Source: Tricharina praecox (taxonomy: Eukaryota). From it: a stretch of 64,000 bases of DNA. Location: NCBI RefSeq assembly GCF_024521635.1, contig NW_026250410.1:868001-932000 (forward strand), written 5' to 3'. The first letter of the stretch is position 1, and every line of letters begins with the position of its first letter. The translations under genes were made by a program, and so were the position numbers. A model generated the notes under the pieces. It saw only the letters and a program-made list of their open reading frames with translations. It searched no databases and was not told where the DNA came from. Shown here in pieces: positions 13,382 through 25,392 of the stretch.

Positions 13382-13559
13382 GGAGCCTGCTCATGAAGGA
13401 AATGAGATGGTTGTGGACTGTACATTATAATGGACGGGGATGAAGTCTAGAGACAATTATAGAGGTTGTATTACAATATTTGGTATACATCTTGAGTGTA
13501 ATTGGTGGGAGCTGGCACCTCAAGATCTTTCGAGTTCATCAGTCGCATGGAAATCATTC

Positions 13560-14790
13560 CTTCACACTGCTGTGTCGGATACGGCATCTACGGCAACGAT
13601 TCACAACCCGTCCAAGACCCCGCAGGTCTACAGTACCAACCCCCGCAGGGGCAAGATCCGAGAGGCCCGGGGCCAATGAGGGCATATTCACCAGACGGAG
13701 GACGTATGGGTCCTCCGCAGTGAGGAATTCCACCGAGGACTTACGGGCAGGGGCGACGGGCAGCCACCTGCTATAACTGTGCCCGTCCGGGCCACTACGA
13801 ATCTCAGTGCCAGGAGCCGAGGGCATCCGACGAATTCAGACAGTCTATCATCAGTCAGGTCCTGTATCAGAGAGCATACCCCAGTGACGAACCACCACGG
13901 AATACGTATCAACCTCATCCACCAGCCACTCCACCGAGCCTCCAGGCGTCGAGCCAGGGCAGACTCTACAGAAGGAGAATCAAATCCAGGTTCGAGCTGG
14001 CCCAATGGCCTCAGGAGTCGAAGGAATTCGGTGTACCAATTTCGATCCAATCTCTGCACTCCGAGATACGGAGGTGACAGGGTTGACCTGGGGAAGTCTC
14101 CTGGAGGTGGCCCCGAGTATACGTACTAAAGTTAAACGGGCACTAGTACAGGAGCGTCTCCCCCACAATCGATCACGAAAGGAGAAGGAGGTGGCCACGG
14201 GAGAGGCGGTAATCCAGTATAGAGAGGACGACGATATTGACATCGCACCTCCGGAACCACGCGGCATGATTACGAACTTTTATATCGTAGCCAAGGTAAC
14301 TCAAAGTATGACTCCAAGTTCGAAGATCCAGCCGACGAGCCTCTTCCGGGTCACCAAGGTCATGATTGGGGGGTCCGGTCTCAACATGATGCTACTGGAT
14401 CTGGCGGAGCACATGCATCTCAAGCTCATACCCCAGGATGAAGTCGTTATTATGATAACCGCCTCCACGTTTCGTGCCATCGAATACTATGTCAATATCG
14501 ACGTGCAAACTGCAGGTGTAGTGGTAAAACTGCGATGCTACTGTCTCCCTGCAGGTATCCGACCTTCATTCACCATCCTCCTTGGCCGTAGCTGGATGAA
14601 ACAAGTACGAGCTAAGGTGGATTACTCAGATGATACGTACTCCATTCGCGGCGCAGCCGGCAATAGATATGTACTGCAGTCTACATCCGTGACACCGACG
14701 AATATCTACGAAGAGATTCCAGTACGACGCCGTCGAGACGGCCTCAAGTACCAATACCGTGGATATCGAGACCTGCGAGGAAGTTGATTT
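13560..14790 (+). mobile_element. Decayed LTR-retrotransposon (Ty3/gypsy-like) gag zinc knuckle plus aspartic protease relic
   Basis: CCHC knuckle CYNCARPGHYESQC at 13769-13810, preceded in the same frame by a premature TGA at 13721-13723. A frame change leads to ORF 14005..14787 with retropepsin-like KVMIGGSGLNMM (no catalytic Asp) and ILLGRSWMKQV. No reverse transcriptase or integrase seen. Confidence 0.75.
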
Positions 14791-17700
14791 GAGCCTAGAG
14801 GAAGGAGACGAAGGTTTGACTGGTGGATTTAATTGTTTGAAGCGGGAAGAAGTCGGTATATGGAAATCGGCAACGTTGCGATCGAAAGTACTAGTCAGAT
14901 TAGAGGGTGTTAGTGACGATCAGCATGGAGGAAGGACTCGAATTAGGATCGTACGTGCGGAGAATTGTTGAAGAAAGCTTGCGTAGATTTCATCATTAGC
15001 AACTACATGTGCGGCGGAGATTTCGGTGAATTGTTTTGACTTTGAGATCAGTGAGAGAGCCTATTGGCGCGAAGAAGATTGTTAGCTAGCGAGAGAGGGC
15101 AAGGGTTAGATTTAAGAGATTCGGGGGTTTGGTAGAGAGAGGGGGTCTGTTTCTGTTCTGTTCTGTCTGTTCGTCCGGTCGTCTCATGTTCATCATAGAT
15201 CATAGACCACCCGAATAATTCATCAACTTTCTTGTCTCATCCCGTTTTTGGGTCTCTCACTAGCGAAGTAAGTGCAGCCATAAGGACGGCCCGCACAGGG
15301 GAATGGACAGCGTAAAAGCAAGCACCCGGGAACGCAAAGCCGGCGGTAATTATTCACGATTGCAACTTTCCTGGTATTTCAAGGCCGCAATGATATCGAA
15401 GCGGGGTAAGTACCGATTATCGGCAATGCTGCGTTCGCAGCACTCTGAGAACATGCACTCTGGCTCCGCGGGTATGATCACGAGCTTGTCACTCGACCTG
15501 TAACCTCCGTCTCGGGAACCAACACCATGCAGGGTGGTGAATCGTCCGTCAAGACGCCAGTCGAATAGGCGACTGCGGTCTGTAGGGCGGGGCGGTTCCG
15601 GGCAGGTTTTCTAGCGGACTGGGTAGTCCGTCCAGTCCAAAGAATGAAGGCCCGGATACCCTACTGGTACCTATAGGTACCTGATAACCTTAGCGTGCTG
15701 TGCATCGGGGTTTATACCGGGAGAGCTTGGTTGGAGTACTTTTGGCACTGTCGCAGGCGGCAGAAATCAGCCATGGTCGATCATGGTTATCTTGCTTGGT
15801 CTTACGTACTATACACCACCGTGGAATCTATGCAGTATACAGGACACAGCCACGCAGCCACGCAGCCCTACAGAAATACAGTTGCACAGGTGCACAGCGG
15901 CGCCGCCAGCAGTGTCCTACTAGTGTCCCATTCCATTCCGGGCCCTGTAGGGTATCCGTCCTCATTTCTCGGGCCCGAAATTTTGTAGGTTATAATGGTC
16001 CTTGTTCTCTTCAGCCAGACTCATTCCGTCCCGTCTTGGGCAACCCCAAAGACGGACTGAAGGCCCTATTCACACCTTTGCCATCCGCGCCATCCCAACT
16101 ATCCGGGTACCTAGGCAAAGTCCCAGATACCAGCAGGATAGCTGGGAAGACAGTTCCACTGGTTGAAAGCTGGTGAGATTGCGCAACTACATACCGGCAG
16201 CCTGCAAGGCTGGCAGTACCTACGGAACGGGACGAGACGGGAAGTAAGCCCGGGCAGGAGCGGCATATACTGGCCCTACCTAATACCTATTACCGGCCCC
16301 TCCGCTCTGCCCACCTATGTAAATATAAGCACTACCGCCACCACCTAGGTAAGTAAACCCTCTTTCGTCCGCCCCGGACTTCCCCCGGCAGCCAATAGGA
16401 GGCGCTCGAGAGTCGGGAGTCGAGACTCAACTTCCGTGGCGCCAGTACAGCATGCACTGCCATGAGCCCGCCCCCACATTGCCTTGCCTTGCCTTGCCTT
16501 CCGAAACTCTGACGATGAAACCGCCACTGCGTGCCAACGCCTCATCCATCCCATCCACAGGCTCTCGACAACAGAATCTCGCGGAAATGAGCACTCCCAC
16601 CTACCTACCTACCTACCGACGTATGTATGTGCAAACCCGCGATGACCGGCATTATGGGGAGTCCGGATGTGCAACTCCTGCGTGCGTGCGTGCATATTCA
16701 TCCTCCTGAGTTCTAAACCAGCAAACACAGGTGCCTACCTAATTTAAGCCCCAGCGGCAAATGCAGGATTATATGCCCAGACAAGGAGTTTATTGTTGAC
16801 GATCATCAACCGTTAGATTGCGACACATCGTGCAGTGCAGTACAGTGGGCAACTCCCATTCCACATGGGCTGACTCCTGAGAGCTGAAGCAGGAACAACC
16901 GTCAACGTCCACTGCTGTTGGTATGTACTGCTACATACTCAATTCGAGGGAACTCCTGTCTTGCCATCTCGCCCCGTAGTTCGCAGGCACGGCACAATTC
17001 GCAGGCAGCGCCTCTCGAGGTTCCCATAGGTCTGGTGAACATGGCGGAGACCGAGACCGTTGTACTTCAGGATGAGTTCAACTAAGTTATGAGTCGGGTC
17101 GGGAAGGAGCTTGGAGATACTAGAACAGGTGCTGGCGGAACAATTGTTGGTCGCGCAGTGTGTGAGCTCAATTGTGGACTTGAGGACATGCCGAATGTTG
17201 CGTGCTCCGGCAACCAGCTCGTATGTACCTGCCAGCGGCCCGCATGCAGGTGCTACATAGCGGGGGAGATGGCAAGTCGGTTACTCATTCCCTCCGGAGA
17301 GGTTTCTGAAAATATTGTAGTGATGTAGAAACGTGGAATAAATTTGCATTCCACACAATAGGTTCTCATGAGCGGATTGAGGAACAGAAGTCATTTTTAC
17401 TTTTTTTTGGTTAATCATTGCACAAGTGAGTGATGCATGATGACGTTGCGAAAGCCACCAAGATTTACCGAGTGACCGCCCATGCCATTCCGTGAATTTC
17501 ACTGCTACACTTGAAGCATGCATGCCTCCAGATATGGTAGAGATGCATGAAGTACGGGGGGGAAATTCTGCATCACTCCAACTGTTAGGCTCAAGCTCGC
17601 GCGGTTGCTGCATGTTTCCGACGTTTGGATACAGTAACATATTGTACCTTTGGCAGAGCGTGATTCGTTCGCAGCGACAGGTGCGCCAACTGTCGAGAGT

Positions 17701-17847
17701 CTAGACTCGGGTATGACTAAGCGAGGGGAGGGAGCGAGAGGAGGGAGCGAGAGGAGGGTGTGTCGGCGGAGGGAGATGAATGTGGCTAGTAAGTGGGAAT
17801 CAACGTTGGCGGCCATGGCGGGGGTCGACCGAGTCAGTCCGGCGGGG

Positions 17848-17969
17848 GTTTCTTCTGTTTCTTCTGTTTCTTCTGTTTCTTCTGTTTCTTCTGTTTCTTC
17901 TGTTTCTTCTGTTTCTTCTGTTTCTTCTGTTTCTTCTGTTTCTTCTGTTTCTTCTTCTTCTTCTTCCTC
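17848..17969. repeat. Tandem 9-mer (GTTTCTTCT)x12 followed by (TCT)n
   Basis: Read directly from the sequence; explains the spurious poly-ETE, SVS and FLL ORFs. Confidence 0.95.
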
Positions 17970-18282
17970 TAACAGCATCTACAGAATAGAAGATCAATCG
18001 CTATCTCCTCTTTCTCCTCGTGTGCTCTCCTTCTCTCGACCCGCCGCTTTCCGGCCTGGAGAGGCATTGGCAAAGAGCCCTCGCAAAACTCGACTCTTGG
18101 AAAACTACAAACCGAACGGACGCTTGAATTCCAAGAGATTTGTGCGCCATCACGACTCGCACTCAGGCTTCCGCTGTTAACGTCCACAGCATCAGCCTTC
18201 ACTCTCTCCTACCAACCCACGACAACAACAACAACATACTCCCCTCACCACACTCCATCAATTCATTCTCCGCACCACCGAA

Positions 18283-19110
18283 ATGATGCGCATCACCCTC
18301 CTTTTCCTCTCCGTGCTGATCCAGCAGGTCTTCTCAGAGCCGGCTACCGACGTCCGAGACGCTCCTGGTATCGTCGAACTCGGTGACTTCGAGATCCTGC
18401 AACTCCCCTCCGACTTCGACCCGAACCACGCCGCACTCGACATCGCCTCACAGTCCGAGGCGCTGCGACGTAACCCGCACGCGGCACTCCCGCACCTCCC
18501 CGCGCACATCCTCGCATCAGCGATCAAGATCCAAGGCTCGACGCTCACCCGGCGCAGCGCCGAGCACACGGACTCGGAAGATCACGACGGGCAGCACCAC
18601 CACATCGACGCGATCGGGCCGACGAACACAGGCGTGCAGATCAATCCGAGCGCGATCCTGAAGCGGCTGACGTTCCACTGCCACCGCGACGGCGGCCGCG
18701 AGGGTGCCGACCGGCCGCATTGGTGGGACGTGGACGATCTCGGAATGAAGCTCGAGAGCGACCAGGGCCTCGGAAATCAGTTCTGCTGCCACTTCAATTA
18801 TAGGGACTTTCGTACGACTATCATGACGCATAATACTGCCGCCGTAGAGTGGGCGGGCATCGTTGGCCGATGCATGAGCTGTCGCGTCATTGGGTATATC
18901 ATTAGGGTCCATACAGAGCTGTGCGGCGTCGAGAACTCGTACTTCGCGGGCGGAATGGTCGTGTATGTAATCCCGATCCTACCTCTGCTCAGGCCGTTGC
19001 GGTTAGCGAGATACTCTGAGCTCATACTGATGCTGGTTTGCGGGGTTTCTAGCTTCCATGGATGGGCCGAGTACAACATCTTCAGGCCCAAAGAAGTGAT
19101 TCACGAATGA
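18283..19110 (+). CDS. Secreted Cys-containing preproprotein (effector/KP4-Ecp2-like candidate); probable intron 18963-19052
   Basis: Hydrophobic signal peptide MMRITLLFLSVLIQQVFS, a His-rich pro-region, and dibasic RR/KR sites (LKR|LTFHC). The mature part has 6 Cys. Intron signals GTATGT...CTGAT...TAG. Confidence 0.75.
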   Translation: MMRITLLFLSVLIQQVFSEPATDVRDAPGIVELGDFEILQLPSDFDPNHAALDIASQSEALRRNPHAALPHLPAHILASAIKIQGSTLTRRSAEHTDSEDHDGQHHHIDAIGPTNTGVQINPSAILKRLTFHCHRDGGREGADRPHWWDVDDLGMKLESDQGLGNQFCCHFNYRDFRTTIMTHNTAAVEWAGIVGRCMSCRVIGYIIRVHTELCGVENSYFAGGMVVYVIPILPLLRPLRLARYSELILMLVCGVSSFHGWAEYNIFRPKEVIHE

Positions 19111-20218
19111 TTTCATCGTGATAGTAGACGTTGGAGGTTTGGCATACAGATTGGAGGATACAGTTTCGAAATCCGACTTTGCATCAATCACATCGGTGGC
19201 GGTCAGTAGTGCTGTTTCAATTCGCATAGATATCGATATCGGGGAACATGAAACAGTGCACAACAAAGCCCTCTGAGAGTCACGGACCTGGCCGCGGCGG
19301 AGCCTCATGATGACCCCAGACCTCTTCGATTGTTCCATCCATCCGTCTACTCTAGAGTCCATGTATGATAGCATCCTGCAGCCATGTGGATATATTTAAC
19401 CACCAGCTCCCTGGAAACTCCACACGCACGCACATCATACGGGCCGAAGCGAGACGTGCGTGCGTGCTGTGGCTTGCATTAGTAGACCTGTACCTAAAGT
19501 ATGTATGATATTCCCTGCAGAGAAATGTTCCCGAAATCTGGGCGCGGCCGGAGAGCAAGTATGTAGCACATAAGTAAAGCCACGGCTAGGCCTCGCCCGT
19601 AGTTAGAGTACAGTTGCCCCTGCGGCAGGCAGGCTGTGGGGCAGACAGACAGCCGTGGAGCCGAGTATACCTACGAATAGAATAGAATACTGCGATCCTC
19701 GGGAAGCGGGGTGTGTGTACCTTGCTGCCACAATCGCCGCTGCCCCGCCGTCGCACGTACGATACGAGAGGTACGATAGGTACGAGAGGTACGATAGGTT
19801 CGAGAGGTACCGTTATGTAAACTCAGACATAAGCACGTTTGGTGGCTGCCGCTGTACATACCTTCAAGACATACCTTCAATTATACCCACCTACAGACTA
19901 CAGTTGAAAACTCTAAAATAAACGTGCTGCTCAGCCGGCGAGCTACTTTTAGGTATCGGTATCGATCAACTCAGACGCTGCGGCAGGTACGTGGGTTTGT
20001 GTGAGCGCGGGACTGCCAGACTAGACCGGACAAGAACAGAGGAGTCATGGCTTTTAGGTTTTCTGTGTTTCTCGTCTGTCAGATCTCAAAATACCCGCCG
20101 ACTACGACTCTTTTTGTGGACGTTTAAGCGATCCCGGACTCTGCAGAGCTCATGGTGGGAGTGCGGGAGTGTCTGTGTGCCAATGGCTTTTGTTTGTGGC
20201 GCCGTTTGTTATCCCGCC

Positions 20219-20249
<31 letters not shown>

Positions 20250-20753
20250 AGAAGCAGAGAAGATGCTCAATTCCCGAGAGCTCGAAAGAGCTGGCAGGTT
20301 TCGCGGGTCGGGATTCGGTAACTTCCCTACATTACTATGATAGTAGCGACCACCTCGACAATATCTACGAGCAACGAGCAACGAGCAACTTGCCGGAATT
20401 AGAAGTGGCGTGGAGTGCAATGGAGTGTCGGAGGCATCCCATCCCATCCTCAAGGCTCAAGGGGGAGGGGATGATCCTCCACAGTCCACATCCCACTCGG
20501 TACCGTTGCCAAGCAAGCACAGTCGACGTACTCCATGTACTCGAGTACTCTATTCCGAGCGAGCATATGCCCCCACTCGCTTGCCGTTGCTAAATGTGGA
20601 CCGAACCGTACCATCGAAACGTGGCGGAGCCCTTCGTGTCTACTAGTACATGTTAAGTACGGTATTTGGGGGCCGGTCATGGGACAGCACTCGGTGCGGA
20701 AACTTTTTTCTCTTTCATTTACTTGATACCGTACCTACGGTACCTGTTGCTAG

Positions 20754-20784
<31 letters not shown>

Positions 20785-22030
20785 GCAGCGGCAAGGGCAG
20801 TCACGTTAAATCGCAGATCGCACATCGATGTAGAGTAGAGTAGAGTGTCTGTACTCCGGATCCGAGTCCTGAATACTACTTACAGACTACTAGTACTGAC
20901 CTGGAGTAGCGGGGCAGTTCCCCTCCGCCGCCGGAAGAGCGTGCTTTAAACGGACGGCTTCGAGATGTTCGAAGTTCGAAGGTCGGACCCTTACGAGCCA
21001 CAGTGGCAGTGCATACATCATACAGTGTGCATGCATATTTACTACGGTAGTGGTGTATGTACTATATGGGTGTACATATGGGTGGGTGTGTGTGTGCCGG
21101 ATACATATGATGAACCACCTTTCGGATACTTTCTCGGAGAGATCGTGGAAATATCTAACTATACTGCATGCATAGTGCACTAGGTCACTAGTAGTTAACA
21201 CCATATTACTGTCACCGCCGGACCACGGTCGCTTGTGCGTATGATGTACCTACATAGCGCGGTTGTGTAGAACTTATGTGGTGGTGGGGTGCGGAATGGA
21301 AGTGTACTACTACTGCTAACTGGTACTAGTACATACTCTATTCACCGGAGTCCGGAGCTCACTGCACGCCACACAGCACAGAGGACGTTTTGGCGCTACG
21401 GGTATGTAGCCAACGAACCAGGTAGGTAGCCCACGGAGTTGGAGGTGATGTGTGGATAGCCCACGGAGTTGGCGGTGATGTGTAGGCTAGGTATGTATCT
21501 GGCCACCTACCTTGCTTGCAGCTATTACCGGTACATAATTAGGTAGCCGATGCTTCGAGTATGATGCACGTACCTCGCTACATCCACGGACTCCCGTGGC
21601 AGCGGTTGCAGACTCACAGTCTACCTAGCAGCGTTATCTCCTATATATGTACGGACAGCGGAACCCCGTGGCACCGGGGTCCCTCCCTGGACTCTTCGAC
21701 TCCTCGAGTACGATGCGTGGGTGATGCGTGCGTGGTGATGTGTGATACCCGCCTTGCGCTAGAGTTACATATACCTGGTAGTAGTATGGAGAGTATATAC
21801 TCCCACACGGAATCCGGTGGTACTGGCAGAGTACTACCCAGCAGGTATGCATGTATGGGTGTAGATGTAGAGTATGGAGAGCATGTATGATGAACCGCAG
21901 GTCCGCAACTGCGTGTGTGTGTGTGTGTGTGTGTGTACCCGTGTATGTAGCATACCTAACCTACACACTCTAATTTGCGCAAATCGTTGGCGCGATCATG
22001 GGTGGTGCGACCCGCCGACCCCACGGGCCA

Positions 22031-22086
22031 CTTTGATCTTTGAACGTTGAACTCTGATCGTTGAACTTTGATCTTTGAACTTTGAG
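22031..22086. repeat. Degenerate 7-mer tandem array C(T/G)(T/C)TGA(A/T/G) x8
   Basis: ctttgat ctttgaa cgttgaa ctctgat cgttgaa ctttgat ctttgaa ctttgag read directly. Confidence 0.9.
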
Positions 22087-24148
22087 CACCCACACGCCCA
22101 CACGCCCACACGCCCACACCCCGCAGAGCCCCCAGCGGCTGTCAGTCAGCACGAGCTTCGCCCCAATCCCGCCTTGCTCGATAGAGTCGATGGAGTCGAT
22201 AAATACTCTACTCTAAAGAATATTCCCCCTCCCTCGGTTGCATCCTCCTCTGCAGCGTACATACACCCTCCAACCGAAAACGAAAGACGAAACCGAAGAA
22301 ACCGGCCCCCAAAATCGAAACCGGCTCATCTCTAAAAGTAAGTAAGGCTGGCCAATGAGACGAGAGAGAAGCAACGCTAGCGGACTAGCCAATCGCACTC
22401 GGAAGGAAGCCGCTAACTACATAGTAGGTAAGTTAGTTGGATGGATTGCACGGATGGGATGGATGGATGGAGGGGATCTTTCACAGGCGAGCTTCTTTCC
22501 CATGTATGGAACCTACTGACCGAGCCGCGCGAAATAATTGTCGACGCTGGTTCTGAGGGGCGGCAGGGAGTCAGGGACAGCAAAAGCCGGCGACGGACTG
22601 GACAGGACCACCTACTAGTAGAGAGTAGTAGACGGATCTGCGGCTCCGTGTACTACATATAGTACCAACATACCAATTTGGTTAGACTACAGTCCAATGC
22701 GGCGATATTTTCCCTACCTAGAACCTACTCTATGTAGAATCTAGATATCCCACCTACCCACAATCCTAGATATCCCCAACGTCCGTGCGTGCGTGAGTAG
22801 ACGACCAACTGTCGCCGCATATACTACTGGTACCGATACCACCGAGACTATAGTATAGGTAGGTAGTCTGGAGTCGTGGGTAGGAGTTCCGAGTTGGACC
22901 CCCCTTAAGAGTCAAGATGATTATGGGGCGAAACTGTAGATGGAAGCTACATACACAGACACACACGTGCAAATATAGTTAGCGGGTGGCCGCCGTTGAG
23001 ACCCGTTGGCCGTCGTGAGGATGTAGTTAGCACTTAGCACTCGGCGGAAGTCCGAAGGATCGATACATGCGCTCCCCTTAGTTACTAGTACTGTAGTCTT
23101 GGAAGATCAGAGTCCACTCCTCACGATTAAACTCCAATGATTAAACAAACGAACAAACCAACAAACAAAATAAGGAAGAATCGATTCCAGCAGCAAGAGT
23201 TACTCAGTATTCAAGACGGGGGGCTCTGCGACTCTGCGACTCTGCGACGTGTGAGACCAACTTCCCTGCACCGTGACGTGCTGCGTCCACTGATTACGGC
23301 ATATGTATGATAGAGTATCCAGTGGGTAAGGCGGGACTCGAGAGCCTCATGCGGCTCCTCTCCTGACGTCCCTTCCGTTCACCGGAGGGGCAACCCTATG
23401 TGGTTAATCAGTGCACAGCCAAAAAAAAAAAAAAAAGAGGCTCATACTTCTCACACCTACATTACTTAACTTAGCGTCCAACTGTGCAGACTCCAGATCA
23501 GATCAGATCCTGAGCCGCTAGCGTGATTCGCTGTGAGAATCGTCCAACGTGCGAGGAAAAGCTAGAGAACTGGGTGGTTGACTGACTACCGTTTAGTTAT
23601 TTCGGTACTTGCGTGAGTGTGTGCGTGAGCAAACCGGAATCGCGACCAGTGGCCCGCTCCCGCCCGCACACCCGCTCACACGTCGCAGGCTTCTCCGATG
23701 CTCGGCGGTTGATGTTCGCTGGATCCCCCAGACACCATCTGGAGTAGGTTACAGTGGCGGCCGCTGCTGTGCTGACTGTGGATGGCACCGAAAGAGCCTC
23801 CCCCGCGATTGGCCTGCGCATGTGGCTGCATCGGGCCGTCAGCCAATTGCGACGATTTTAGTCGGTACTGTCATGTACTGTACTGTGCTGTCCTTGTCCT
23901 GTCCTGTCCTTGTCCTGTCCTGTCCACCGCCACACTTCGCATTGGCGAGTCGAATCGAGTGCCAGCTGCCTCACCCTTCAGAACGCCTCGTCTGAAGTAG
24001 GTATCCTACGTGGATCGATGGAGGGACCGCCCCGACAACCGTGTCTGTCGACCAAAAAACGTTGGCGAAGGAAGCAGAGGCACCTCCTGCTTTGAGAGTA
24101 GACTGGGCCGCAAGGCTTAGTATTATTACTTGGAAGAGAATGAAGATG

Positions 24149-24220
24149 ACCACCACCACCGCCGCTACCACCACCACCACCACCACCGCCGCTACCACCA
24201 CCACCACCACCACCACCACC
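24149..24220. repeat. Interrupted (ACC)n trinucleotide microsatellite
   Basis: Read directly from the sequence. Confidence 0.9.
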
Positions 24221-25392
24221 ATCCATCACCAAGATGGGCCCATGGCTGCTCGAGCCCATCTCCCTGTGCGCGGCGTACCATGGCCCAGAGAGAGACCCTG
24301 GCTATAGTAACCACTGTGTGGGAAAGGAAATGTACAGGCAGCCCGGAGATCCGCTACCAGCCCTAGATGTTACTGAGCCCCTTCCCTCCCCCCTTCAAAC
24401 GCTAGCTACTGGGGACTGAGCCCCAATCGGCATGCAAACAAGAATACATACTTTCCATTTTTGCAATCGGGCAAGACACCGAACGGGTGGCCCTGGGAAA
24501 TGCTTTCTGCTTTTTGCAGTCTGCTTTCCGCTCCAGCCATCTGCGGACGGCCGAATGATGGCTTCGGTGATGGTCAGAGCTCCCCAAGTTCGGCTTCATC
24601 CTGCCTTCCCCCACAAACCCGTTGCTTGTTCCACCATTGCTTTCGCGGGGGAGGGGAGGGGATTAATCGATCCCCCGCCCCACCCTGCCCCGAAAAAGCG
24701 AACTTGATGTGGTCTGCATGCCCGAGAACACAATTACCAAACAGCTGGAATCCCATTCAGCGTCGAGTCCGGGTCTGCAACTCGAAGAACCTTCAATGAT
24801 GTGTGCATCTGTACATATCAGATGTACAATACATACAAACCACATACGCTGGGCGGCGTTGGCTGCACCCACCCCTCAAGATGATGACGACCCAACCAGG
24901 GCGGTAATTCGGGTTTTGCTTTCTTTTTTCTTTTTTTCCGCAACTCACGCTTCTCTGTTGGGCTAAGTAAGCAGTACCGTACGTACCTGGTTAATTCGCG
25001 AAGACCTGCACGCGCTTGCCTTGCATACGTTGGGAGCTCGTCAGAACAGTGAGAGGAGAGGGGCCGGGTCACTAGATACATCGAGCTTGTATCACCCTAC
25101 CAACCAGTTGGTCCGCCTACCTACATATAACGTATGGCTCACCTGCTGTTGCCGTGAGCTTGATCCTTCACTTTTGCAGATTCTACATACAGACTTCAGC
25201 TTCGGACTTCTCTCTCTAACTATCTCTCTATATATCTCCCTGTCTCTCGGATAATTCCCCACAACACTTGATCTGCTACCAACACCACTTCACCTGCTCC
25301 CTACACCACTTTACCTACTACCTCCAAATCCCTAGTCCGGCAGCTTCAAACAACTTCAAACAACAGGATTCACAGTCTGTAAATATCAGACA

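Noticed and set aside
17505..18180. ORFs with poly-ETE, poly-SVS, poly-FLL and poly-RRN
   Set aside because: Artefacts of the stop-free 9-mer tandem repeat; no coding-like flanks.
23971..24366. Poly-His/Thr/Val/Gly ORFs
   Set aside because: Translations of the (ACC)n microsatellite.
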